The position numbers and the translations under genes were made by a program. A model generated the notes under the pieces. That model saw only the letters and a list, made by a program, of their open reading frames with translations, was not told the DNA's origin and ran no database searches. This document shows, one piece after another, positions 37,352-47,132 of a stretch of DNA of 64,000 bases. This DNA comes from a virus. Each line of letters opens with the position of its first letter. The first letter of the stretch is position 1. The stretch is from IMG/VR virus record IMGVR_UViG_3300031369_000001, positions 1 to 64,000 of that record; one strand, 5' to 3'.

Positions 37352-38944
37352 ATGGGCATTATTAGTACTTTTCAAGAAATGATGCCTATTGCTACGGATT
37401 TGATAAAAGCTAAACTTGAGCAGTCACGACAAGCAATCAATGTTCAAGCACAACAATTATCTAATCCAGCGCAAAAGGCAGATAATGATCCTAAGTCTAT
37501 TTTCTTTGATCCTTATTCCGTAGTAGAGCAATTTGGCTATAAGGATCGTCCTTCATCTATTACGTATGCTACTTTGTGGAATATCTTTTGTAAGCTTCCA
37601 ATTGTTCAAGCAATTGTATTTTTAAGAATGAATCAAGTAGCGGCTTTTGCTACTCCTCAACAAGATAAATTTTCATTAGGATTTCGAGTAGTATTAAAGG
37701 ATAAGGATAAGAATACTACTAAGCAAGAACAGAGATTCATTGCACAGATGAATAATGTTTTATTAAATACGGGAGTAACAAATAATTCTAGAGGCAGAGA
37801 CAGCTTTAAAACTTTTTTAAAGAAATTAGTATTTGATACCCTTATATATGACCAAATGTGTTTTGAAATAGTTCCTAATAGAAAAGGTCTCCCCGCCGAA
37901 TGGTATGCTACAGATGCAGCTACCATTAGAATTGCAGATAATGGGAATGTATTTAATGATGAAGACAAAACAAAAGAGATCAGATATGTACAGGTATATG
38001 ATGGGGTAGTGATTAACGAATATACCCAATATGAAATGGTATTTGGTGTAAGACACCCTAATACTAATATCAGGCTTCAAGGATATGGGGTAAGTGAATT
38101 AGAATTATTGGTGTCTACAATTACTTCCTTATTGTATGGCCATCAATACAATCAGAAGTTTTTTACACAAGGTTCTAGTGCCAAAGGTATTTTGAATTTT
38201 AAAGGAACAACTAATGCTAAGCAACTTGCTGAATTCAAAAGGCATTGGTACACTTTACTTTCTTCGGTTAATAACGCATGGAAAACTCCTATAACTAATA
38301 CCGAGGGTATCGAATGGGTTAATATGCAGCAGACACATAGGGATATGGAATTTTCTGCGTGGATGGATTTTCTTATTAAAGAAGCTTCTGCTGTATATGC
38401 AACTGATCCAGCAGAAATTAATTTTAATTACGGTAATACTGGTCAATCGAGAGCTTTAGTTGAAAGTTCTTCTGCTGAAAAAATTATAGAAAGTAAAGAG
38501 CGCGGACTACGTCCCTTATTAAATGACGTAGGGGAATTAATTGCCATTCATATAGTGGAACCTATTAACCCTGATTTTACTTTTGAGTTTATGGGGCTTG
38601 ATGCAGAAACAAAAGATAGTGTTGCTAAAAGAAATCAACAAAGAGTTCAAACCTATATTACGGTAAATGAATTAAGGGCTGAAGAAGATAGACCTCCATT
38701 GCCAGATGAACAAGGGGATATTATACTGAATCAGGTTTACATTCAGAACAAACAGCAAACACAAGCAATGCAGCAACAAGAAGAAGGTGATCAAAACGAA
38801 AACGGAATGACACAAGATGAAGAAGGTGATGATGGAAAACAAGATATAAGATCTTTATTATCTAAATATTCTGAGGATGATTTAGTTGATCAAAATGAAG
38901 ATGATGAAGTAAAGAAAAGTTTAGTATTGGATGTAGTTTTATAA
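37352..38944 (+). CDS. portal protein
   Basis: D...YDQ..FE.V, D..TI, GYG.SELE, N..FF.QG...GIL, DMEF..W, DP.EI.F, SK..GL.PLL, T.NE.R, GDII motifs as in SPO1/Twort-like portals. Confidence 0.9.
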   Translation: MGIISTFQEMMPIATDLIKAKLEQSRQAINVQAQQLSNPAQKADNDPKSIFFDPYSVVEQFGYKDRPSSITYATLWNIFCKLPIVQAIVFLRMNQVAAFATPQQDKFSLGFRVVLKDKDKNTTKQEQRFIAQMNNVLLNTGVTNNSRGRDSFKTFLKKLVFDTLIYDQMCFEIVPNRKGLPAEWYATDAATIRIADNGNVFNDEDKTKEIRYVQVYDGVVINEYTQYEMVFGVRHPNTNIRLQGYGVSELELLVSTITSLLYGHQYNQKFFTQGSSAKGILNFKGTTNAKQLAEFKRHWYTLLSSVNNAWKTPITNTEGIEWVNMQQTHRDMEFSAWMDFLIKEASAVYATDPAEINFNYGNTGQSRALVESSSAEKIIESKERGLRPLLNDVGELIAIHIVEPINPDFTFEFMGLDAETKDSVAKRNQQRVQTYITVNELRAEEDRPPLPDEQGDIILNQVYIQNKQQTQAMQQQEEGDQNENGMTQDEEGDDGKQDIRSLLSKYSEDDLVDQNEDDEVKKSLVLDVVL

Positions 38945-38959
38945 AATAAGGAAATTGAG

Positions 38960-39169
38960 ATGAGTATTGATAAAAAATTTGTTGACCGTTATGCAGACGC
39001 TTTATCTAGGCTACATATTTCTGTTGAGGTAATTAGTTACTATGAGTCTTTGTTAAAAGATGCTAATCAATTAATTTATGAAGCGTCTAAACATACTACG
39101 AATGATTCTTTTTATAATAGGTGTCTTAGTTGGGAAGAAGGTTACCATAATAGGAGGGATAATGTCTAA
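38960..39169 (+). CDS. hypothetical protein
   Basis: AAGGA RBS. Confidence 0.55.
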   Translation: MSIDKKFVDRYADALSRLHISVEVISYYESLLKDANQLIYEASKHTTNDSFYNRCLSWEEGYHNRRDNV

Positions 39170-39347
39170 GATAAAACATATTTGTCGTAATTGTGCCTTT
39201 ATGCGAAGAAGCGCTAAACCTAAAACTATTTATAAATGTAGAATTAAAATTATGCATGGCATACTTCCATCGGTTGTTAAACCATCAAATGAATGTGACG
39301 TAGAGAATGGTTTTCAGCCGTTGCGGATCTTAAATAAGGATAAATAA
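39162..39347 (+). CDS. small Cys-containing protein
   Basis: AGGAGG RBS before MSKIKHICRNC. Confidence 0.55.
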   Translation: MSKIKHICRNCAFMRRSAKPKTIYKCRIKIMHGILPSVVKPSNECDVENGFQPLRILNKDK

Positions 39348-39349
39348 TT

Positions 39350-39730
39350 ATGAAATTGGAACATATAGTGAATGCTAGAATTATAAAAGAATCAGATTTA
39401 AGTGATTTATATTTTGGTTTAAGTAATGACTTAGCTAAGATTACTGTTTCTGAATATGATAAATATTGTTCTGGTACTATTAATATTGATATAGGAGGAA
39501 CAGAAGCTCTTTCTTTTGGGGATATTGATACAGTCAAAGGTATTTTATTAGTAGTTAACAATGATTGCGAATTAACTGTAAATAGCAGTAATGTTCCTAT
39601 TTCATTGATACGTCATACGGATACTACTTACCCAAAAGCTAGTTTTTTCATGAACGCTTTAATTAGTGATTTTAGCATTAAGGCATTAACTGTAGCTTTA
39701 TCTGGTTTTTATTGTGCTTGGGGGGAATAA
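39350..39730 (+). CDS. hypothetical, probable virion beta-sandwich protein
   Basis: Composition and position near portal. Confidence 0.55.
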   Translation: MKLEHIVNARIIKESDLSDLYFGLSNDLAKITVSEYDKYCSGTINIDIGGTEALSFGDIDTVKGILLVVNNDCELTVNSSNVPISLIRHTDTTYPKASFFMNALISDFSIKALTVALSGFYCAWGE

Positions 39731-40201
39731 ATGGCTAGGAAAGATGAGATTGAGAGTATAGAAAAAGTATTACAACTTTATACTCAACAAATGGATAGCC
39801 AAATTACTAGGTTCAATGAAATTGTGATTGAGCAATCGATTCAAATTGGAAAGCAATCTGTTAATTTTGAAAGACTAGAGCGGACTGTAGCGCAAGAAGT
39901 ACTTCCAGTGATTAAAGAGCTTCCTGGATTGATAGAGCACGGCATTAGATTAGCCCAAGATACTTGTCCATTGTATAAAGCTTGGGATAGGAAAGAAAAA
40001 GAATCAGTAGGAGATAAATTGGGTTCTTTATTTGATTCTAAACCACCAAATAAAAAGAAATTTACAATATCTACTAATCTTAAAATTAGATTAATTGAAG
40101 CGCTTATTCTTTTACTTCTATCCCTTGCGGCATGGTTTGGTATAAGTAGTTACAATGAACCTTTTTCAGTTGCTGATAAAGCAGTAACAACCCATAAGTA
40201 A
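39731..40201 (+). CDS. coiled-coil membrane protein (possible holin-like/lysis accessory)
   Basis: N-terminal coiled coil, one C-terminal hydrophobic helix. Confidence 0.5.
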   Translation: MARKDEIESIEKVLQLYTQQMDSQITRFNEIVIEQSIQIGKQSVNFERLERTVAQEVLPVIKELPGLIEHGIRLAQDTCPLYKAWDRKEKESVGDKLGSLFDSKPPNKKKFTISTNLKIRLIEALILLLLSLAAWFGISSYNEPFSVADKAVTTHK

Positions 40202-40202
40202 A

Positions 40203-43200
40203 ATGCACATACAAATAGAAGCAAAGAAGGAAGAACTTTTTTCCAAAAGAGTTTCTTTAGTAAAGTCTATCGCTGATTGCATTGGAGAAGTAGATTCTGA
40301 TTTAAAAAATCGTTTAATAAAAGCGATAGACAATAAAGACAAATTGTTTACTGATCCAGTTTTACTAGAAGTATTGAAGCAATGGGAAATAGGTTATAAA
40401 GACCAAACCAATGCGATGCTTGTTGATATAAGTAAAGTATTGGATAAGGGAAAATTAAATAAGAGTCTTAGTTCTGATCCTTCTTGGATTGGTGTTGATT
40501 TAGATAGGACGTTAGCTGAATATCATGAATATAAAGGCCCTGCTTCTATCGGTAAGCCAATTCCTAGAATGGTTGATAGGGTTAAGGAATGGATTGCTAA
40601 TAATAAAAATGTAAAAATTATGACCGCTAGGGCAAATCCAAATTCTAGCGATTTTAGAGCATCTATTACTGCTATAAAGAAATGGTGCAAAAAATATATT
40701 GGAGAAGAATTACCGGTAGTATACGAAAAAGATCTGCATATGGTTGAACTTTGGGATGACCGAGCTATTCAGATTAAACCTAATACGGGTATTAGGGCAG
40801 ATGGATTAAATAAAAGTGAAGATGAAGGTATTTCATATTTTCATTACGATATAGATACAGATTCCTATATTGAAGACTATAATGAATATTTAAATAAAGC
40901 ACAAAAAGGTCCATTCATTGGTCCACGTGGAGGTAAATGGGCTGATCCAGAACACACCATACCTTGGAAAGAAGAAGTACACAGCTACTCAGAAACTAAA
41001 GACCGATATAGTGATGAAGAAGCTGAACAAATTTTAGATAGAATAGGCGAGGCTTTATATAGTCATCAAGCAATTAATCCTCGTGAAAAAGATGATACTG
41101 GATTTAGTTATGTGGATATGGACAGATGGAGATCTGTAACTGGTGTAAATGCAAAGAGACAATTACTTCAAAAATATAAACGCCAAATAGTCGGTGCTTA
41201 TAGTATTGAAGAATATCATAAATTAGGATTAGCAGATGTAAGAGAAGGTAAGGGATATAAAGCGAACATTAAACCTTATTATAATAAAACTTGGGGAAGC
41301 CTCACCCTTCCGGTAGATGGAAGGGTTGATAGAGATACCTTTAATAAATTTAGAGAGATTAATAGAAAACATAATGTGTGGTTTAGTAATGGCGATAACT
41401 TTATTAAAGAACAATATTTAGATGATTTTGATTTTGAATCTTATAAGAAGGATATGGGGGAAATAGGCATAAAAGTTCACCCAATTAAGGGGGAACGAAA
41501 ACAAAATGTATCTGAAAAAGACGAAAAGGATCTTACTGTAGATGAAGCTTTGCAAAGCATTAAAAATAGAAGGATTAAGGATGCAATTGTTCTTAAGAAA
41601 ATAGGTAAAGATAAATTTGCTTTTTGGTCTACCTATTCTCCAGAATTTAATGATTTGTTTTCTAATAAAACTGGTGGATTGTCCGGTATTTTTTACGCAA
41701 ATAAAGATAATAATTGGGCTAGAGAAACGCATGAATTGAATCTAGTAGAAGAAGCTTTACAACAGATAAAGAAGCAATTGCCTAATTATAAGTTGTATAT
41801 AGATGAAGAAGGTTTGAAAGAAGCACAAAATGAAAAAGCGAGATATCAAGCTGAATTACAAAAGCCAATTCCTGAAGTACAGAAATTATTAGATAGTAAA
41901 TATTCATTATTTCCTTATCAAAATGAAGCAGTGCATTTTTTAGATAAAACAAATGGAAATGCCTTAATTGGGGATTCCATGGGACTTGGAAAAACGCTTG
42001 AAACTTTGGCTTGGTTGGCTAAAGGAAATAAGAAAACAATTTTAGTTGTTCCGAAAGTAGTAAGGCGTACTTGGTTACAAGAAGCAGATAAGTTTTTTCC
42101 AGGGCAGTTTAAAGGAACTGAATTAGTGTCTTCTGATATAAGAAATAATAGAGTTCCAAATTTTAAAGATAAGAACCTTGTAACTGTTAATTATGAATCT
42201 TTAGATAAGTTTTATCCTTATTTAAAGGATGCTGGTTTTGATACAGTAGTAGTTGATGAATCACATAGGATGAAGAATCCTAAAGCTAAACAGACAAAAG
42301 CGATTCAAAAGGTATCGGCATTAGTAAATCATCATATTTTATTGTCTGGAACAGCGGTTAAAAATAAAAAAGAAGAGTTGTTTACCCAGTTAGAAGTTGT
42401 TGCGCCAGGTAAATTTACATCTAAAAATCAAATAAAATTTGCTACTATTGGCGGACTTTGGCGCGATATGAAGGATTTCTATATTGCGAGGAGTAAGGAA
42501 GAAGTTCTAAAAGATTTACCTGAAAAAGTCACTTCTATTATTCAACAAGACATACCTAATTTACCTGATTATGGTGCAAATAAAGATATTGGGGATATTG
42601 CTAAAATTAAAGCTTCTGTAGCAATTGGAAAAGTTCCTGCTACTATTGATTTGGCTAAAGAGATACTAGGTTCTTCTGATTCAAAGATAATTGTGTTTAC
42701 TGATTCAGTTGAGGCAGCTAAAAAGATTCATGAAGAATTAGGTGATATTTCTTTATTGCACCATGGGCAAATGAGCGATGATAAAAGGGAAGCGGTAAAG
42801 GAAGAATTTCAAAAAACAGATGGTAATGGTGATTTCATTTCTCCTAAACGGGTATTCGTAACTACTCGTCAGTCAATGGCTGTAGGAGCTACTTTAACCG
42901 CTGCTGATAAAGTCATTTTTAATGACTTACCTTGGACTGCTGCTGATTTACGACAAGCAGAGGATAGAGCACATAGAATTGGGCAAAAGAACAACGTAAA
43001 TGTTTATTGGGTCACTGCTTCGAATAATTTATTTGATTCTTCAGTTACGGAGATAATTAAAAGGAAATATGAATTATCTAAAAAAGTAAATCAGGGAAAG
43101 AAGCTGACGCAAGAAGAAATTGCATGGATGAATAAGCCGTTAACGGTTAGTGATATATTGAATAAAATACATGGAGGTAAAACGCCTATAGAAGAAGAAA

Positions 43201-45011
43201 AACAATTGCTGATTAAAGAAAATAAACCTGAAGTTCCTGTTATTCCGATAGAAGTACCTAAACAAGAAGAAGAGCAGAAGCCTAAATTTATTATGCAAGA
43301 ACCTGTAAAAGTTAAAGAATCTAAAGATATAATAGATATAAAAAAAGATATTAAAGAAACACAAAATAAGATTGATAAATTAAGAGATAGACAATTAAAA
43401 GATTGGCAATCTGGATCTATAACTCGTAAAAGGACAACTACATATAATGCTGAAATAAGTCGACATAATGATAGGATACAAGAATTAAAAAAGCTTTTAA
43501 ACAAATATGAAGAAAATATTAGTGTAATACAAGAAAAAGAACCTGTAAAAGTTGAAACACAAGAACCTGTTAAAAAGAAACGTGGAAGGCCTCTTGGTTC
43601 TAAAAACATTAAAAGAGTTGCTATTCCTCCAATGGTTATCCAAGAACCTGAAAAAAAGAAAAGAGGGAGACCTCCTGGTTCTAAAAACAAAATGACTCGA
43701 GTTGCTATTAAAGAAGTAACACCTCCTACATTTAAACGAGAAGCTATAAAAGAGGAACCTGTTAAACAAGGTAGGGGAAGGCCACCAAAGCCACAAAGTG
43801 TAAAAGAAGCGGAATCTAGTTTAGCTTACGTTTCTGCTAAGAATATAAAACTTAAAAAAGTTGCTTCTGATGACGTTCACGATGTCTATCAAACTAATTT
43901 TTCTATAGACGTAGATGACGCCAAAATAGCTATGAATAATTTACGTGAGCAAGGTATCAATGCAACGGTGCTAGAAGGAGATCCAGGAATAGTTAAAATA
44001 AGAAAAGGTTTTATAATTAGTGAATCTGATTTATATAAAGCCTTATTCATAGGACCTAAAGGTGGTAAATGGGCAAATGCTGAACATACCATACCTTATC
44101 AAGAAGATATAGTTCGAAAACCTGTTAAGCGAGAACCACCTGGTTCACAGTTAGCAATTGACGTACAAAATAAATTAAAAGAATTGAAAGTAGACAAATT
44201 ACCTCAATCTACTATTCCAATTTCAGACATTAGAATTGATTTAACAGGTAATGTTGATACAAAAGCAATCATTACTTGGAAAGATACTAAAGGAAAAGTC
44301 CAAAGTGGTTATACTCCAAAATTCCATGAAATAAATGCTAAGGAAAAATGGGATAGAATTAATAAATTTAGAAGTAAGAAAAAAGAAATTGTAAATACAT
44401 TAAATGAAAAATTGATTAAGGGGAAACCCGGTAGTATTGACCACCAAGGTTATACTATATTAGCCATTATTGCAGAAACAGGATTACGTCCAGGTAGTAC
44501 TGAAAGTGTTAGAAAGCATGGTCATTACGGTATAAGTACTTTAAAAAAGGATCACATTGCTTTAAATAATAAAATGGCTGTTTTAAATTTTATTGGCAAA
44601 GAAGGAAAGAAGAATGTTACAGTGATTCAAAATCCTGTTACGTTAAAAGCTTTAGAGTATTACGTAAGCAATGCTACCGAAAATGGTAGTATATTTAATT
44701 CCAATGCTTTGGATACTGGTAAAACCATACTTCCTAAAGGAATGAAGGTGAAAGACCTTAGAACAATTAAGGCCACCGAATCAGCGGAAAGATTATTAAA
44801 AGAAGTTGACACTCCTCCTCCATTAACCGGAGATAGTAAAAAGGATAAACGATTATTAGCAAAGGCATTGTTGGAAACAAGTAAAAAAGTGGCTACAATA
44901 TTGAATAATACTCCTAGTATTGCAAAGGCTAGTTATATCCATCCAATGGTATTTGAACAATGGGCAAAAAGTGTAGGAGCATCTGAAAAACTTTGGAAAG
45001 AGGTAGGTTAA
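40203..45011 (+). CDS. polyvalent protein: HAD phosphatase + SNF2/SWI2 ATPase + 3 AT-hooks + type IB topoisomerase
   Basis: HAD WIGVDLDRTL...TAR...K...WDDRA. SNF2 LFPYQ, MGLGKT, DESH, LSGT, G.TLT.A, QAEDRAHRIGQ. AT-hooks RGRP x3. TopIB GLRPG, YG..TL, F.GK.G, KDLRT, NTP..A..SYIHP. Confidence 0.9.
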   Translation: MHIQIEAKKEELFSKRVSLVKSIADCIGEVDSDLKNRLIKAIDNKDKLFTDPVLLEVLKQWEIGYKDQTNAMLVDISKVLDKGKLNKSLSSDPSWIGVDLDRTLAEYHEYKGPASIGKPIPRMVDRVKEWIANNKNVKIMTARANPNSSDFRASITAIKKWCKKYIGEELPVVYEKDLHMVELWDDRAIQIKPNTGIRADGLNKSEDEGISYFHYDIDTDSYIEDYNEYLNKAQKGPFIGPRGGKWADPEHTIPWKEEVHSYSETKDRYSDEEAEQILDRIGEALYSHQAINPREKDDTGFSYVDMDRWRSVTGVNAKRQLLQKYKRQIVGAYSIEEYHKLGLADVREGKGYKANIKPYYNKTWGSLTLPVDGRVDRDTFNKFREINRKHNVWFSNGDNFIKEQYLDDFDFESYKKDMGEIGIKVHPIKGERKQNVSEKDEKDLTVDEALQSIKNRRIKDAIVLKKIGKDKFAFWSTYSPEFNDLFSNKTGGLSGIFYANKDNNWARETHELNLVEEALQQIKKQLPNYKLYIDEEGLKEAQNEKARYQAELQKPIPEVQKLLDSKYSLFPYQNEAVHFLDKTNGNALIGDSMGLGKTLETLAWLAKGNKKTILVVPKVVRRTWLQEADKFFPGQFKGTELVSSDIRNNRVPNFKDKNLVTVNYESLDKFYPYLKDAGFDTVVVDESHRMKNPKAKQTKAIQKVSALVNHHILLSGTAVKNKKEELFTQLEVVAPGKFTSKNQIKFATIGGLWRDMKDFYIARSKEEVLKDLPEKVTSIIQQDIPNLPDYGANKDIGDIAKIKASVAIGKVPATIDLAKEILGSSDSKIIVFTDSVEAAKKIHEELGDISLLHHGQMSDDKREAVKEEFQKTDGNGDFISPKRVFVTTRQSMAVGATLTAADKVIFNDLPWTAADLRQAEDRAHRIGQKNNVNVYWVTASNNLFDSSVTEIIKRKYELSKKVNQGKKLTQEEIAWMNKPLTVSDILNKIHGGKTPIEEEKQLLIKENKPEVPVIPIEVPKQEEEQKPKFIMQEPVKVKESKDIIDIKKDIKETQNKIDKLRDRQLKDWQSGSITRKRTTTYNAEISRHNDRIQELKKLLNKYEENISVIQEKEPVKVETQEPVKKKRGRPLGSKNIKRVAIPPMVIQEPEKKKRGRPPGSKNKMTRVAIKEVTPPTFKREAIKEEPVKQGRGRPPKPQSVKEAESSLAYVSAKNIKLKKVASDDVHDVYQTNFSIDVDDAKIAMNNLREQGINATVLEGDPGIVKIRKGFIISESDLYKALFIGPKGGKWANAEHTIPYQEDIVRKPVKREPPGSQLAIDVQNKLKELKVDKLPQSTIPISDIRIDLTGNVDTKAIITWKDTKGKVQSGYTPKFHEINAKEKWDRINKFRSKKKEIVNTLNEKLIKGKPGSIDHQGYTILAIIAETGLRPGSTESVRKHGHYGISTLKKDHIALNNKMAVLNFIGKEGKKNVTVIQNPVTLKALEYYVSNATENGSIFNSNALDTGKTILPKGMKVKDLRTIKATESAERLLKEVDTPPPLTGDSKKDKRLLAKALLETSKKVATILNNTPSIAKASYIHPMVFEQWAKSVGASEKLWKEVG
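40914..40979 (+). repeat. tag repeat A, copy 1 (FIGPRGGKWADPEHTIPWKEEV)
   Basis: 63/66 identical to 49529-49594. Confidence 0.95.
44032..44104 (+). repeat. tag repeat B, copy 1 (YKALFIGPKGGKWANAEHTIPYQ)
   Basis: 73/73 identical to 48465-48537. Confidence 0.95.
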
Positions 45012-45229
45012 TGCAAGAAAGACGAAATGTAAGAGTTATTGGTAGTAAATTACTACGTATACCCGATGGGTTTATTTCTTGGGAAGAACATTTAAAGGTA
45101 TGGGAAGCATACCATAAGAAATGGAATAATATTCAGTCGGCGGAAAGGATTGCGGAAAGAGGGGGATTTTACATGGATGAAGTTATTGAACTACTTGGAG
45201 AACAACCTAAGACATGGAGAGCACGGTAA
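45011..45229 (+). CDS. hypothetical protein (QSAERIAERGGF family pattern)
   Basis: GAGG RBS, TAATG coupling. Confidence 0.65.
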   Translation: MQERRNVRVIGSKLLRIPDGFISWEEHLKVWEAYHKKWNNIQSAERIAERGGFYMDEVIELLGEQPKTWRAR

Positions 45230-45362
45230 TGGAAAAAGAATTTAATAAAGAAATGAATGAAGATATTGATGATGATGGAGAATTAGACGTTGAGTGGTAT
45301 CCTATACCGGAAGGATTAAAAGAAGCTTGGAATGAGATTATTTTAGAGGAAGGTGGGGCGAA

Positions 45363-45590
45363 ATGAGTATAAGGGTGAGTGGTATTTTAGAGATTAATTG
45401 GTCAGTTGAATTGCCGGAAGGGAAAGAACATAGCGGGGTTATTTCAGATGATCCAGTTATTGAAGCCGTTTTAGATTTTATTCCGCAGACAGGTTCTATT
45501 TATTTATGGGGAGAAGATGAGAAACCAGTTGATGTGTTTTTAGAAGTTCATGAAGAAGACATGGAAATAGAAGAAGATGAAAGAGGTTAG
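45363..45590 (+). CDS. acidic hypothetical protein
   Basis: RBS; operon position. Confidence 0.55.
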   Translation: MSIRVSGILEINWSVELPEGKEHSGVISDDPVIEAVLDFIPQTGSIYLWGEDEKPVDVFLEVHEEDMEIEEDERG

Positions 45591-45592
45591 TT

Positions 45593-46582
45593 ATGCGTGA
45601 AAAAGTATTGTGTATTTATCATAATGCGGATTTAGATGGCATTTGTTCAGCAGCTATAGTTTACGATTATTTTAATTGCCAGGGTGATGTTATCGATGGA
45701 AATGTTATTCTATATGGAATGAATTACGGAGATGATTTTCCTTGGTCATTTATAGACAAAGATGAAATGACTGAAGAAGATAAAGAAGATTGTGTTCCTT
45801 ATGACAAGGTAGTAATGGTTGATTTTTCTTTATCTAAAGAAGATATGAAAAGATTAAATAATTTAGTTGATTTAATTTGGATAGATCATCATGTGAGTGT
45901 AATTGCCGACAACAAAGATATTCAAGGTGTGCGCGATATAAATTACGCTGCATGTGAATTAACCTATATGTATTTTCATACAGGAATTACTTATATTGAT
46001 GGAGTACTTGCTTTACCATTAGATGGGGATATGCCAAAAGCTGTTAGATTATTAGGACGTTATGATGTATGGGATCATAGTGATAAAGAAGTAGTACCTT
46101 TTCAATATGGAATGAAATTATACGATATAGGGCCTTGTAATTCTGAATGGAAGGATTTGTTAGATAATTCAGTGATTTCTGATAGTATAATTAAACAAGT
46201 AATTCATAATGGTGAAATAATTGAAAAATACCAAAGTAATTTGAACTATAAATATGTAAATGCATATGGCTTTGTTGCTGTTTTAGAATTTGAAGATGAA
46301 TTGTATAATGTACTGTGTGTAAATAAAGGTTTTAGTAATTCATCTATTGTTAAGGATAGTGCATTATATAACAAATCTATTATTGATTTAATAATGGTTT
46401 TTGTAAGGCATGAGGAGTCTTACAAAGTTTCTTTATATACCGAAAAAGAAATAGATGTATCACAGATAGCAAAAGCTTTTGGGGGTGGAGGACATAAAAA
46501 GGCTGCTGGGTTTATTTGTAGTGGCTTAGAATTTGAAGATTTTAATGGAAATTTGATTATTGACATAGATCCCAATGAATAG
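45593..46582 (+). CDS. DHH/DHHA1-family phosphoesterase (NrnB-like)
   Basis: YHNADLDG..SA, VDFS, IDHH, YD.W, GGGGHKKAAGF. Confidence 0.9.
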   Translation: MREKVLCIYHNADLDGICSAAIVYDYFNCQGDVIDGNVILYGMNYGDDFPWSFIDKDEMTEEDKEDCVPYDKVVMVDFSLSKEDMKRLNNLVDLIWIDHHVSVIADNKDIQGVRDINYAACELTYMYFHTGITYIDGVLALPLDGDMPKAVRLLGRYDVWDHSDKEVVPFQYGMKLYDIGPCNSEWKDLLDNSVISDSIIKQVIHNGEIIEKYQSNLNYKYVNAYGFVAVLEFEDELYNVLCVNKGFSNSSIVKDSALYNKSIIDLIMVFVRHEESYKVSLYTEKEIDVSQIAKAFGGGGHKKAAGFICSGLEFEDFNGNLIIDIDPNE

Positions 46583-47132
46583 AATTCCTATACAGCGATG
46601 GACTGAATTACGAATGCAATATGCATTAACTAGGAAAAATAATCTTTTTGACTTTGGAAGATATGCAGTTGTTCCGAATATTGGTTGGGGGTTAGGACTT
46701 AATCACGAACCTGATTTATTGTGTTTATCTAAAACTGGGATATTTCATGAAGTAGAGATTAAAGTAACTATGGCTGATTTGAAAACAGATAAAGATAAGT
46801 GGCATAATCATTATTCTAGATTTGTTAAACACCTATGGTTTGCTATTCCAGACATTTTATCTATAGATAAGGTTTTAAGCGAAATTCCTGATTATGCTGG
46901 ATTAGTTCAAGTGAGTACTTATTACAATGAATATCCATATAATCAAAAATATTCAAGACAAAAGTATTTAACTCATATAATTAGAAAACCTAGACCAAAA
47001 TTACGAAAAGGGTTGTTTACCGACCCTAAACAAGACACTATTATAAAATTTTTAAGGATTGGAGTTTTGCGAATGTGGACAGATACCTATAGGTTTAAAC
47101 ATTTTGACCGACAAGTAATATTAAAGGGGTGA
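46575..47132 (+). CDS. MmcB-like PD-(D/E)XK nuclease-family protein
   Basis: EPDLL....G...EVEIK....DL..D..K...WFA.P......IP..AGL. Confidence 0.7.
   Translation: MNRIPIQRWTELRMQYALTRKNNLFDFGRYAVVPNIGWGLGLNHEPDLLCLSKTGIFHEVEIKVTMADLKTDKDKWHNHYSRFVKHLWFAIPDILSIDKVLSEIPDYAGLVQVSTYYNEYPYNQKYSRQKYLTHIIRKPRPKLRKGLFTDPKQDTIIKFLRIGVLRMWTDTYRFKHFDRQVILKG

Noticed and set aside
40203-45011. Reverse gyrase-like helicase-topoisomerase fusion
   Set aside because: Reverse gyrase uses a type IA topoisomerase. Here the domains are SNF2 and type IB, separated by a long disordered linker and a predicted cleavage site.
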